From positions 1-64,000 of the forward strand of contig CAWAUV010000005.1 in assembly GCA_963785305.1 (NCBI GenBank): a stretch of 64,000 nucleotides of DNA. The letters are read 5' to 3'. This document shows positions 25,778-35,652 of the stretch, piece after piece (position 1 is the first letter of the stretch; the number at the start of each line of letters is the position of its first letter). The stretch comes from an uncultured Planctomycetaceae bacterium (GTDB lineage: Bacteria > Planctomycetota > Planctomycetia > Pirellulales > PALSA-1355). The notes beneath the pieces were generated by a model. The model saw only the letters and a program-made list of their open reading frames with translations. It had not been told where the DNA came from and ran no database searches. Made by a program: the position numbers and the translations under genes.

Positions 25778-25853
25778 CTTATCCGGTTGGGTTCGGCTTA
25801 TCCGGTTGGGTTCGGCTTATCCGCATGGGTTCGGCTTATCCGCATGGCTCCGG
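25778..25853. repeat. 4 x 19-bp tandem repeat directly upstream of rplJ
   Basis: CTTATCCGGTTGGGTTCGG x2, CTTATCCGCATGGGTTCGG, CTTATCCGCATGGCTCCGG. Confidence 0.95.
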
Positions 25854-25906
25854 TTCGGGAACCGCGAACAATCGAATATCTTTGTTTAGGCGGCCGCGGC
25901 CGTGGC

Positions 25907-26587
25907 TCAGGAGGCGATAATCTGCACGCCGGGGCTCATGGTGGCGCTCACGCTAATGTTCTTCACGTACTGGCCCTTGACCGAATGCGGCTTCAAGTTC
26001 TGAATCTGGTGGATGAAAGCCTTGATGTTATCGGCCAGCTTGGCCGAGTCGAAGCTGAGTTTGCCCACCACCGCATGCACATTGCCGCCCTTGTCGGTGC
26101 GAAACTCGACCTTGCCGGCCTTGTATTCGCGCACGGTGCGGGCGATTTCCGCCGTCACGGTGCCAGCTCGCGGCGAAGGCATCAGCCCTCGCGGACCTAG
26201 CACGCGACCCAGCGGACCGACGAGACCCATCATGTCGGGCGCGGCGATGCACGCATCGAAATCGGTCCAGCCCTCCTTGATCTTCTTCGCCAATTCGTCG
26301 GCGCCCACTTCATCGGCGCCGGCTTCGGTGGCTTGCTTGGCGAGATCGCTCTTGGCGAACACGATCACGCGGAGCGTCTTGCCGATGCCGTGCGGCAGCA
26401 CAATCGAGCCGCGCACGATTTGATCGGCCTGATTCGCGTCGATTCCGAGCCGCATCACGATGTCGACCGACTGGTCGAATTTCAGTTTGCCGAAGGCTTT
26501 CAATTGCTCGACGGCCTGCTCGACCGAAACGGGCGTCTTCGGCGCCTTGTCCACGACCGTTCGCAATCGCTTGATCACTTTAACCAT
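25907..26587 (-). CDS. rplA: 50S ribosomal protein L1
   Basis: [35 protein letters not shown]. Confidence 0.98.
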   Translation of the reverse strand: MVKVIKRLRTVVDKAPKTPVSVEQAVEQLKAFGKLKFDQSVDIVMRLGIDANQADQIVRGSIVLPHGIGKTLRVIVFAKSDLAKQATEAGADEVGADELAKKIKEGWTDFDACIAAPDMMGLVGPLGRVLGPRGLMPSPRAGTVTAEIARTVREYKAGKVEFRTDKGGNVHAVVGKLSFDSAKLADNIKAFIHQIQNLKPHSVKGQYVKNISVSATMSPGVQIIAS

Positions 26588-26799
26588 ATTGCTACCGTTG
26601 TTCTGTTACCGTTCGAATTGGCTTTGGAGAATCGATTGTTTGTTCTTTTCGCGGCGACGGCCGTCAACGCTGCTTGCTTTCGCTCACAGGCAACGCCCGG
26701 CTCGGCGAGCTCGGGTCGCCGGAAACTGCTTTTCTGAACACCGACCTGGACGGTTTCGATCGCCGCGGCGCCGACGGCTCGCTTTCGCGCGGGCGATTC

Positions 26800-27225
26800 T
26801 CAGGAAACGACATTCAACCCCATGCTGCGGGCCGTGCCCTCGACCATTCGCTTGGCGTGCTCGGCGTCGCGGGCCTTGAGCACGTCTTGCTTGAGTTTCA
26901 CGATATTCTCGATCTGGGCCATCGTCACCGAGCCCACCTTGTCGCGATTCGGCACTGCCGAACCCTTGGCGATGCCGGCGGCTTGCTTGAGCAGCGCCGC
27001 GGCCGGCGGGCTCTTGGTCACGAAATCGAAGCTGCGATCGTTGTAGACATTGACCACCACCGGAATCGGCATGCCGCCAGCCTCGCGAGTTCGCTCGTTG
27101 AACTGCGAGACGAACTGCCCCAGGTTGATGCCATAACGACCGAGCGAGGTGCCGACCGGCGGGGCCGGAGTCGCTTGCCCGCCAGGAACCTGAAACTTCG
27201 CCGTGCCCACCAATTGCTTTGCCAT
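26800..27225 (-). CDS. rplK: 50S ribosomal protein L11
   Basis: GQATPAPPVGTSLG, KSPPAA, GTARSMG. Confidence 0.98.
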   Translation of the reverse strand: MAKQLVGTAKFQVPGGQATPAPPVGTSLGRYGINLGQFVSQFNERTREAGGMPIPVVVNVYNDRSFDFVTKSPPAAALLKQAAGIAKGSAVPNRDKVGSVTMAQIENIVKLKQDVLKARDAEHAKRMVEGTARSMGLNVVS

Positions 27226-27334
27226 GAGATCTTCTCGCCCGTCGCTCGCTGGTTACGAACCGCTGTTGTTTTCCGCGCACGTCGCGGACCGTTGGATATT
27301 TCTAATGGACTAAAACAACTTCCCGAATCGCTTG

Positions 27335-27368
27335 CCCCTCGACCTATCCGCTCCCAAAGGGAGAGGGG
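27335..27368. repeat. REP-like element, copy 3 (degenerate)
   Basis: CCCCTCGACCTATCCGCTCCCAAAGGGAGAGGGG. Confidence 0.55.
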
Positions 27369-27398
27369 TTCGTGGAGAAGCCGTTTTTAGTCCGTTCA

Positions 27399-28247
27399 CT
27401 ACAAGGTTTCGATCTGCCAGTGTTCAAGTTCCACCGGGGTCGATCGACCGAAGATATTGATCATGACCGTCACCCGGCCGCTGCCTTCGTCGATGCCGTC
27501 GACCTCGCCCTCGAAGTTCTCGAACGTGCCTTCCTTGATCTTCACACGATCGCCCTTTGCGAAATCGAAGGAGACCTTGGGAGCGTCGGCGCTCTTTTCT
27601 TCTTGCTTGGCCAAGATTCGCGACACTTCGCTCGTCGCCATCGGCGCGGGCTTGCCGGCCGAACCGGTGAAGTCGCCGATACCCGGCGTCTCGCGAACAA
27701 GAAACCACGTGTCGTCGTTGATCTCCATGTGGGCCACCAAGTAGCCCGGATACAGCTTGCGTTTGACGATCCGCTTCTTTCCGCCCTTGAATTCGGAGAC
27801 CATTTCGATCGGCACGATGATTTCGTCGAAATAGCGTTCGAGCCCCGCCATGGCGATTCGCCGCATCAACGCGTCGCGAATCGAATCCTCGCGGTTGCTT
27901 TGCACCTTGAGAATATACCACCGCAGGTCGGGCGGTTCCTCGGAAGGATTGAATTCTTCGATCGGGCCTTCGTCCTCGGCAGCAAGCGCGGCGGCTTTCG
28001 CCACTCGCTCTTGGGCGGCGCGCACTTGCTCGGCGTCCACATAGCTGCGTTCTTCCGCCTCGGCGTCGCCTGTTGATTCATTCGTCGACTGGCTGGCGGC
28101 GGCGAGCTCGGCGCGGGCAGGTTCGGCGGCCGCGTTCGGCGCGGAGTGATGCGGCGTCTCCGATACGGGCTCATTAGAAGCCACGCTGCTCTCGATCGCC
28201 GCGCTGGGCGGAGTTTCCTCGACCGAATGTTCCGCCTGATCGTCCAC
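27399..28247 (-). CDS. nusG: Transcription termination/antitermination factor NusG with acidic N-terminal extension
   Basis: WYILKVQSNRE, KLYPGY, KOW GDRVKIKEGTF, IFGRSTPVEL; GTG start at 28247 chosen from a GGGGGAG RBS. Confidence 0.95.
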   Translation of the reverse strand: MDDQAEHSVEETPPSAAIESSVASNEPVSETPHHSAPNAAAEPARAELAAASQSTNESTGDAEAEERSYVDAEQVRAAQERVAKAAALAAEDEGPIEEFNPSEEPPDLRWYILKVQSNREDSIRDALMRRIAMAGLERYFDEIIVPIEMVSEFKGGKKRIVKRKLYPGYLVAHMEINDDTWFLVRETPGIGDFTGSAGKPAPMATSEVSRILAKQEEKSADAPKVSFDFAKGDRVKIKEGTFENFEGEVDGIDEGSGRVTVMINIFGRSTPVELEHWQIETL

Positions 28248-28347
28248 GTCTATCACTCCCCCACGAGCACGATTGCCCGACACATTCTTACCCGACACGA
28301 TCCCAATCTGAAAACCGGCGAACACCTGCGCGGCCGAACACCAGGCT

Positions 28348-28788
28348 TCAGGTAATTCCAAGCAGATTATGAAACAGCGCTCGCCAAATAAAGTCAAACG
28401 CCGCCAAAACCACGACCAGAAACCCAATCGAAAACAACACTACCAAGAGCGACCGCCACAATTCGCCCCTCGACGGCCACGAAACCTTATTCATCTCGGC
28501 TTCGACGGCAATCAGAAAGTCGGCGAACGTCGACATGTTCACCAAGCGATAGGAGATCCAAGCGCCGGCGAAAAACATCAGCGTCGGAATCGCAAAGGTC
28601 GCCGACTCCGAAAACTGCGAGCGTCCCAGCAGTTCGTACAACCGATAGGCAAGGAGCAAGAACACCAACGTAATGGCGCCCCACGTCACCTGCCGGGTGA
28701 TTCGACCCTGACTGCGCTTATATATCCCAACTTGAAACAACTCCCGCATCATCAAGGCGCGGGCCGTCGCGTTTTTCTCTTTCCCCAT
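28348..28788 (-). CDS. secE: Preprotein translocase subunit SecE (3-TM type)
   Basis: YKRSQGRITR, EAEMNKVSWPSRGEL; located between tRNA-Trp and nusG. Confidence 0.95.
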   Translation of the reverse strand: MGKEKNATARALMMRELFQVGIYKRSQGRITRQVTWGAITLVFLLLAYRLYELLGRSQFSESATFAIPTLMFFAGAWISYRLVNMSTFADFLIAVEAEMNKVSWPSRGELWRSLLVVLFSIGFLVVVLAAFDFIWRALFHNLLGIT

Positions 28789-28844
28789 AGGTTCCTTCGC
28801 TCAACTCGCTCCCACATTCCCTCGCGGGATTCATGTGCTTTGCG

Positions 28845-28896
28845 GGCCTCGTGTCCACACGACAATGGCCTCGTGTCCCCATGACAATGGCCTCGT
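28845..28896. repeat. 22-bp tandem repeat (about 2.4 copies) upstream of secE
   Basis: GGCCTCGTGTCCACACGACAAT / GGCCTCGTGTCCCCATGACAAT / GGCCTCGT. Confidence 0.8.
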
Positions 28897-28956
28897 CGCA
28901 GTCTCGCTCGCTCACGGGCGACCACGAGCAAATCCCCGCTCGTGGCTTTCTTTCAC

Positions 28957-29032
28957 TGGCAGGGGCGGTGGGAATCGAACTCACAACCTCTGGTTTTGGA
29001 GACCAGCGCTCTGCCAATTGAGCTACGCCCCT
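28957..29032 (-). tRNA. tRNA-Trp (CCA)
   Basis: AGGGGCGTAGCTCAATTGGCAGAGCGCTGGTCTCCAAAACCAG...TTCGATTCCCACCGCCCCTGCCA; 3' CCA encoded. Confidence 0.97.
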
Positions 29033-29211
29033 GTAGCGGCGCGGCGACGGCAAGCCCGCTTTGATTCGTGGCCGCCGTCGCCGGCTACTGTCGCTTTTAC
29101 CGGCGGCTTTCGCTTCGCATTCGGCCCGGCGCTCGCCGCGCAAGAGAGAAGCACCCCAGCCGCCTTCTGTACCCTCGGATCGCAATCGACTTACTCGAGA
29201 ATCCCGTCGAG

Positions 29212-30411
29212 TTACTCGAGAATCTTGGTCACCACGCCCGAACCCACGGTCTTGCCGCCTTCGCGAATGGCGAAGCGCACACCGTCGTCCATGGCGATCG
29301 GCGAACCGAGCTCCACGGACAGCCGAGCATTGTCGCCCGGCATGCACATTTCCGCGTCGCCCATCAACTTCGCGGCGCCGGTCACATCGGTGGTGCGGAA
29401 GTAGAACTGCGGACGGTAACCGCTGAAGAACGGCGTGTGACGGCCGCCTTCTTCCTTCGAGAGCACATAGACCTCGGCCTCGAACTTGGTGTGCGGCGTG
29501 ATCGAACCTGGCTTGGCCAGAACCTGGCCGCGCTCGATTTCCTCGCGCTTCATGCCGCGAAGCAATACACCGACATTGTCGCCGGCCTGACCTTCATTCA
29601 GCGTCTTGTTGAACATTTCAACGCCGGTCACCGTGGTCTTACGCGGCTTGTCCGAGAAGCCGATCAACTCGACTTCGTCGCCCACCTTGCAAATACCACG
29701 CTCGATACGACCCGTACACACCGTGCCGCGGCCTTCGATCGAAAACACGTCTTCGATCGCCATCAAGAAAGGCTTGTCGACCTCGCGGACCGGGTCCGGG
29801 ATGTAGCTGTCGATCGCGGCGAGCAACTCCTCGATGCACTTGATCGCCTTGGGATCCTTCGGGCTGTCGTAGGCTGGCTTGCCGGCGCCGCGAACGATCG
29901 GAATCTCGTCGCCCGGGAAACCGTAATGCGTGAGCAGTTCGCGAAGTTCAAGCTCGACCAGTTCGAGCAATTCCTCGTCGTCGACCAGATCGACCTTATT
30001 CAAAAACACGACCAGCGCCGGCACGCCTACCTGACGGGCAAGCAGAATATGCTCGCGAGTCTGGGGCATCGGACCATCGGCGGCCGACACGACCAGAATC
30101 GCGCCGTCCATCTGGGCGGCGCCGGTGATCATGTTCTTGATGAAGTCGGCGTGGCCCGGACAGTCGATATGAGCGTAATGGCGCTTTTCCGACTCATACT
30201 CCACGTGACTGACGGAGATGGTCACGGTTTTGGTTTCGTCGCGCACCGTGCCGCCCTTGGCGATATCGGCATACGACTTGAAGTTCGCCAGCCCCTTGGC
30301 CGACTGCACCGCCAACAAGGCGCCGGTCAACGTGGTCTTGCCGTGGTCGATATGACCGATGGTGCCGACATTGACGTGAGGCTTCTTACGTTCGAAAGTG
30401 TCCTTGGCCAT
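29212..30411 (-). CDS. tuf: Elongation factor Tu
   Basis: [29 protein letters not shown]. Confidence 0.99.
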   Translation of the reverse strand: MAKDTFERKKPHVNVGTIGHIDHGKTTLTGALLAVQSAKGLANFKSYADIAKGGTVRDETKTVTISVSHVEYESEKRHYAHIDCPGHADFIKNMITGAAQMDGAILVVSAADGPMPQTREHILLARQVGVPALVVFLNKVDLVDDEELLELVELELRELLTHYGFPGDEIPIVRGAGKPAYDSPKDPKAIKCIEELLAAIDSYIPDPVREVDKPFLMAIEDVFSIEGRGTVCTGRIERGICKVGDEVELIGFSDKPRKTTVTGVEMFNKTLNEGQAGDNVGVLLRGMKREEIERGQVLAKPGSITPHTKFEAEVYVLSKEEGGRHTPFFSGYRPQFYFRTTDVTGAAKLMGDAEMCMPGDNARLSVELGSPIAMDDGVRFAIREGGKTVGSGVVTKILE

Positions 30412-30594
30412 TATTGCTCCCTACCTAACGTGTTCACTCAAAGGGTCCATTGTTTCAGTTATTGCATTTCCACCAAACCCGCGCGATGAGCGGCAATTCG
30501 ACCATCGCGCCCTCCCGGGAATCAACTACCTCCCGCCGCAACGGAGAACTCGCGCCAAAAGACTGCCGGCGCCAAACTGCTATTGCCTTAAAGA

Positions 30595-30667
<73 letters not shown>

Positions 30668-30840
30668 CCGAGTAGCCCCAGGGGTTGCCCATCCGGCACT
30701 GCTTCATCACATGTTCATGTTTTAAATTCGAACCTTGGCTTCGCCATCCAAGCACTGCTTCGTCACACTCGATCTCCAAACATCGTTCCTCGCACGCCGC
30801 GGCGTCGAAATCTCAATTACACCGCCACTAGGCTCGCTTA

Positions 30841-30911
30841 AGCGGGTGAAGGGAATCGAACCCTCGTCTTCAGCTTGGAAGGCTGTGGCTCTACCATTGA
30901 GCTACACCCGC
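30841..30911 (-). tRNA. tRNA-Gly (TCC)
   Basis: GCGGGTGTAGCTCAATGGTAGAGCCACAGCCTTCCAAGCTG...GGTTCGATTCCCTTCACCCGCT. Confidence 0.97.
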
Positions 30912-30996
30912 GGATCGGGAAATCGACCAATCAAGCGTGACCCAACCTGGAAACGAAAGCCAAGAGCCGGCGCCGACAGCGCCGAAGCTCTCGGAT

Positions 30997-31079
<83 letters not shown>

Positions 31080-31261
31080 CTCAAAACCGCGGCCCAAGGC
31101 CAGCGAAACCCCTCGAAACCACTTGCCCCTCCAGCCGATCGCCTCGCCCGCGCGACAGGCTCCCGCCGCAATCATTACCGCGGCTCCCGCCGCAACTCTT
31201 CTTATCGTGGCTCCCGCCACCGCGGCAGACTCGTCGGAGAAAACCTGCCCCGACGCCGCAA

Positions 31262-31334
31262 AGCTAGCGGAGGGACTTGAACCCACAACCTGCTGATTAC
31301 AAATCAGCTGCTCTGCCAGTTGAGCTACGCTAGC
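31262..31334 (-). tRNA. tRNA-Thr (TGT)
   Basis: GCTAGCGTAGCTCAACTGGCAGAGCAGCTGATTTGTAATCAGC...GGTTCAAGTCC. Confidence 0.97.
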
Positions 31335-31362
31335 CGTTCAAGTCCCGCCACGAAAACCTCTA

Positions 31363-31390
31363 ACTATAGCGAAACGAATTTCGGGTGCAA
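31363..31390 (-). promoter_or_regulatory. Putative promoter of the tRNA-tuf operon (TTGCAC-N16-TATAGT)
   Basis: Located ~30 bp upstream of the first tRNA. Confidence 0.55.
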
Positions 31391-31665
31391 TACGATCTAG
31401 ACAAAAATCGCCGCCCGAATTTCGCCCCGCGACGGCCACACGGCCACTTAGCTTCAAAACGGCCACTTAGCTCCGACACGAATCGTCCCCGCCTCGCGAC
31501 ATTGCCACTCCGCCCGCGACCAGTCGCGAAATACAAAAGACCTTCGCCCCCCGCGGGCGCGGGCGGCCCTCCCGAGAAGGAGACCGCCCGCGCTCGCAAG
31601 GGGCGAAGGCCATTGGCTTATGATCTCGACGCCGGTCCAGCGAGATCTCCTCGCCCCGCGTCGGC

Positions 31666-33339
31666 TCAGTTCAACCCCGGCACATCGATCTTCTCGTCCT
31701 GCGCGGCAAGCCGCAACTTGCTCAGGGCGCGAGCTTCGATCTGCCGGACTCGCTCCTTGGTCACGCCCATTTCGGCGCCGACCTCCTTGAGCGTCAGCGG
31801 TTCGTGGCCGTGGTCCAAACCGAAGCGGCTAATGATAATCTTCTGCTCGCGCTCGTCAAGCCGCTCCAAAATCTTGCTGATCTGACGCTCGCGCTGCGAC
31901 TGCGCCGCCTCCTGTTCGTATTGATCGCTCCGCCGCTCCTCGGTGCTATAAAAAAGTTCGCTCTGGCTCGTGCGAAAACGATCGCGGCGCCGGTGCTCGT
32001 CGGGAATCGTGCGGGCATAATTCTTCATGATTGCCCAACTCGCATAGGTGCTGAATTTGTTGCCGCGAGCATAATCGAACTTCTCCACGGCCCGAATCAG
32101 CGACATATTCCCATCGCTCACCAACTCGAAGAAATTATCGGCCTGACCCACGTGCCGCTTGGCGATCGAAACCACCAGCCGCAAGTTGGCCCGCACGATC
32201 CGATTCTTGATCGCCACGGCCTGATCGTAGAGCCGCTCGATCTCGTCCATCACCGTGCCCTTGGCGCGGGCCGGGTCCACTCCCTCGCGCAGCTTCGCGG
32301 CGCGATATTTCAAATAGTTGAACATCCGAAACAGGTGCTGCTCCTGCTCGCGCGAGAGCAGCGGCACTTCGTAGAGGCTGGCCAAGTAGGGTGGCAGCCC
32401 CGCCGGCAGACGCTGCTTCTTCGATCCGCCCTCGGTGTTTTCCGGCATCGGTCCCAGGATCGCGCGCTCCGCCGTCGGACGCGAGAACTCCGAATTCGGG
32501 ATACAGTCGAGCGGAAGTTCCGCGACCCGCCGAGCCCGAATCTCGTTGATCGCCCGATAAATGCTCGTTTTCGTGCGGCAATAGCGCTTCGCCAACGATT
32601 CGACCGTCGCCCCGCGACGGTGCTGCTGGTGAATCTTCTTCTTCGTCTCTTCCGACAAGGGGCCGGTGAGATTGGGGAAGACGGCCATTTCCGGGTGATC
32701 CTGATCGAACTGCTTGAGCGTGTAACGCACGGTTTCCACGCTGCGGCCCATGCGTTTGGCCACTCGGCGCGTGACATCGGCCGGGCAACCGCCGGCGAGC
32801 GAAAGCCGCCGCGCCTTCACCACGATCTCGCCCCGTTCCTCGTCGCTCAACTGGCTGAAATTGGCTCCGCGGCGCACACGATCTTCATTGCGGCTCACGA
32901 ACTGATCCACGGAGCTCGCCAAAAAACCGACCCGCTTCCGTCCGTCGAATAGGAATCGCCGGCTCACGAGCCCCTGCTGCCGCCAGCGCGAAATCGTCTT
33001 GGTGCTCACCTTGAACATCCGGCTGAGCTCATCGACCGTGAGCACTTTCTCGCCGGCCTTCTCGGCCTGCACATCGGCCGCGTCGGACAGATCCTCGACG
33101 AACAGCCGCAGATCATGTCCAGCGGCCTCGCCCGTGAGCTTGAGGTTTGGAAACGACTCGGGCCGGTACTCGGTGATGCGGTGGCAGAGATACTCGTAGG
33201 TGTAGGTGCGAGCCGGTTCGAGTTCGCCCAGCAACTTTTCCGCGCGATTGACCTGTTCGATCTTCCGATCTCGCGGGGCAAATCGCACCTGCTGGTCTCG
33301 AAGCTGTCGCAGGATAGGATTCAAGTAGTCGGCGTGCAT
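31666..33339 (-). CDS. Sigma-70 family factor with a long multi-HTH N-terminal extension
   Basis: Region 1.2 YLASLYEVPLLSREQE; region 2 NLRLVVSIAKRH..AVEKFDYARGNKFSTYASWAI; region 4 LTLKEVGAEMGVTKERVRQIEARALSKLR; ATG at 33339 with purine-rich RBS. Confidence 0.9.
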   Translation of the reverse strand: MHADYLNPILRQLRDQQVRFAPRDRKIEQVNRAEKLLGELEPARTYTYEYLCHRITEYRPESFPNLKLTGEAAGHDLRLFVEDLSDAADVQAEKAGEKVLTVDELSRMFKVSTKTISRWRQQGLVSRRFLFDGRKRVGFLASSVDQFVSRNEDRVRRGANFSQLSDEERGEIVVKARRLSLAGGCPADVTRRVAKRMGRSVETVRYTLKQFDQDHPEMAVFPNLTGPLSEETKKKIHQQHRRGATVESLAKRYCRTKTSIYRAINEIRARRVAELPLDCIPNSEFSRPTAERAILGPMPENTEGGSKKQRLPAGLPPYLASLYEVPLLSREQEQHLFRMFNYLKYRAAKLREGVDPARAKGTVMDEIERLYDQAVAIKNRIVRANLRLVVSIAKRHVGQADNFFELVSDGNMSLIRAVEKFDYARGNKFSTYASWAIMKNYARTIPDEHRRRDRFRTSQSELFYSTEERRSDQYEQEAAQSQRERQISKILERLDEREQKIIISRFGLDHGHEPLTLKEVGAEMGVTKERVRQIEARALSKLRLAAQDEKIDVPGLN

Positions 33340-33597
33340 TGAGGCATCCCCCCTCTTTCTCATTTCGTCCGTGTTCGGTCGGTGTCCTTGCGATGCTCCG
33401 CCCCGACAGAACTTTGTTCCGGCCCGCCCACCATCCCAGTGCTGGGTGGCCCTCGGGCGGCGGCCGGTGAATTTCTACCTCTTATTACCGAATTCGCGTG
33501 AAGGTCTTACAAGGATTTGATTTTTTTGTGGATTGAGTGGATTGAATCGAAAAAACGCTCAAGTTCCACCCCAGCAGCTATACCGCAACCGGTCTAA

Positions 33598-33639
33598 AGT
33601 GTTTCAAAATGGGCCCTGAGTGTTTCAAGATGGGCCCTG
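33598..33639. repeat. 21-bp direct repeat (2 copies) in the divergent intergenic region upstream of the sigma gene
   Basis: AGTGTTTCAAAATGGGCCCTG / AGTGTTTCAAGATGGGCCCTG. Confidence 0.8.
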
Positions 33640-34107
33640 CCAGCGCCTCGTTTTGATACACCCCGGTGGCCCGCGGGACCTTGCCAATCCATACGATCCT
33701 TGGGCCGAGCCACCATCGAATCGCCAAGCGAAATTTGGACACCCTTTATACGCCTAAAAGTCACTGGGGTTTTATTAAAGTTCGCGCGACCAAACTCCTC
33801 CCCGCCATTTTTCCCAGGAGAGTCTCGTTGCGTTATTCGCAAGTTATTGCAATTTATCGTTTTAGCGTCGCGATCCCCCTCTTGATGTCCACCATCGCAC
33901 AAAGCCAATTCGCTCGCCGCCGCAGCAAACCGGCAATCCCAGTGCATGCCACGCATTCATCCTAACCACCCAAAACGCGACGATCGGGCGATCCTGCTCA
34001 ATTGGGGTCACTCCGGGCGCCGATGAAACCCGAAGGCCCCAACCCGGAATCTTCCTTCCGGAGGGCAGCAAATAGTGTTCCTCGAACCAGGGAAGGAACG
34101 AGAGGAA

Positions 34108-35511
34108 ATGTCTCATTACCGCTTTGCCGCGGCGCTCTGCGCCTCGCTCGCCCTATTTTCGGCCGGATTATCCCAGGCCGACGACAAGCGATTTTCTCTC
34201 GCGGCGCCTCTTTCGACCCAGGCTTTCACACGAGTGAAAGTGTCCATGAAGGTCGGCGGCGATCTTTTTTTACAATCGCAGAAAAAGAGTGCGCCCGACA
34301 TGCGTCCGCTGCCCATGAGCGCCGAAGCCGAGTTGACATATGACGAGAAAGTCACGCAAATCGGCGAAGCCGCTCGCGCGATTCGCTTTTACCAGCAGGC
34401 CGAAGCGAAGTTCAAAATGGAAAAGGGGGGCGAAACGCCGCGATTGGCGGATTCCCGCAGGTTGATCGCCGTTCAAGCTGGTCTCCAGGGAGTCAACTTC
34501 CTCTCTCCCAATGGCCCGCTCACGCGAGAAGAGCTCGATCTGATTGATCTGCCGGCCAATTCGCTCCTGCTGGGCCGTTTGCTGCCCACGAATGAAGTTC
34601 GCGTCGGCGATCACTGGAAACACTCCGATGAACTGCTGGCCCGGCTGCTGGGCCTCGATGTGATCAGCCAGTCGACCGCCGAGAGCACGCTAGCGAGTGT
34701 CGCGGAAGGCATTGCCCGCGTGTCAATGCAGGGCGGGGCCCAAGGGGCTGTCGATGGCGTGACCGCCAAGCTCGAATTCAAAGCCAAATACGAAGTCGAC
34801 CTCGAGGCCCACCGAATCGTCTACTTCGCATTGCTGATCAAGGACAAGCGCCCGCCGGGCCAAGTGAATCCGGGCCTCGATGTGGTGGCCAAGCTGGTGA
34901 TGGAGCTCGCGCCGCTCGAATCGAGCGACGAGCTTACCGAGGAGCAGGTCTCGCGTCAGCCTGATTTCGAATCTCGCGAATCGACGCTGCTCGTCTTTCG
35001 CCCTGTTCACGGCGGCTACGAATTGCCCTACGAACGCCGCTGGTATGTAACCGGCGCCGAGCGCGATCTGGCGATCTTGCGGCTGATGGACCGTGGCGAA
35101 CTGATTGCCCAGTGCAATATCTCGCCGCTGCCGGCGGCTACCAAGTCGGCCGATGGCCACATGACGCTCGAACAGTATCAAGATCAAGTCAAAGCCGCGC
35201 TCGGCGAACGCTTTGGGCGATTCTTCTCGGCTTCGGAATCCGAGCGGCCCGACAAGCAAGGCAAGCTGTTTTGTGTCGTGGCCGAGGGCGAACAAGCGGC
35301 GCTCCAGCTCCGCTGGATTTACTACCTGATCACCGCGCCCGACGGCGAGCGAGTGAGCGTGGCGTTTACGCTCGAGGAAAAACTCGCCGTCCAGTTTGGC
35401 GCGGCCGACGCCGAGCTCGTGGCGAACCTGCGGATGCTCGAAGCCGAGGCATCCGAGCCCCGGCCCGCCGCCCTGCAAGCCGTGCGCGAGTCGGCTCCGG
35501 CGGAGCGCTAA
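34108..35511 (+). CDS. Exported hypothetical protein
   Basis: GAGAGG RBS, signal peptide MSHYRFAAALCASLALFSAGLSQA; long ORF with protein-like composition. Confidence 0.8.
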   Translation: MSHYRFAAALCASLALFSAGLSQADDKRFSLAAPLSTQAFTRVKVSMKVGGDLFLQSQKKSAPDMRPLPMSAEAELTYDEKVTQIGEAARAIRFYQQAEAKFKMEKGGETPRLADSRRLIAVQAGLQGVNFLSPNGPLTREELDLIDLPANSLLLGRLLPTNEVRVGDHWKHSDELLARLLGLDVISQSTAESTLASVAEGIARVSMQGGAQGAVDGVTAKLEFKAKYEVDLEAHRIVYFALLIKDKRPPGQVNPGLDVVAKLVMELAPLESSDELTEEQVSRQPDFESRESTLLVFRPVHGGYELPYERRWYVTGAERDLAILRLMDRGELIAQCNISPLPAATKSADGHMTLEQYQDQVKAALGERFGRFFSASESERPDKQGKLFCVVAEGEQAALQLRWIYYLITAPDGERVSVAFTLEEKLAVQFGAADAELVANLRMLEAEASEPRPAALQAVRESAPAER

Positions 35512-35652
35512 AACCCAGCTCCCGCCGGGGCCAGGGTTTCGGAACGGGGCATGGACCTCGCGATCGAATTCGCGCTAGAATCGCTTCGGGGGCAGAGCGC
35601 GCGGCGTCTGGATTGCGCGCTTCCGAGCGGTTTGCGCGAAAGGAACATAGTC

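Noticed and set aside
25778..25853. CRISPR array
   Set aside because: Repeats are contiguous with no spacers, and no cas genes are present
29033..29211. rpmG (L33) between tuf and tRNA-Trp
   Set aside because: No L33-like ORF in the 180-bp gap
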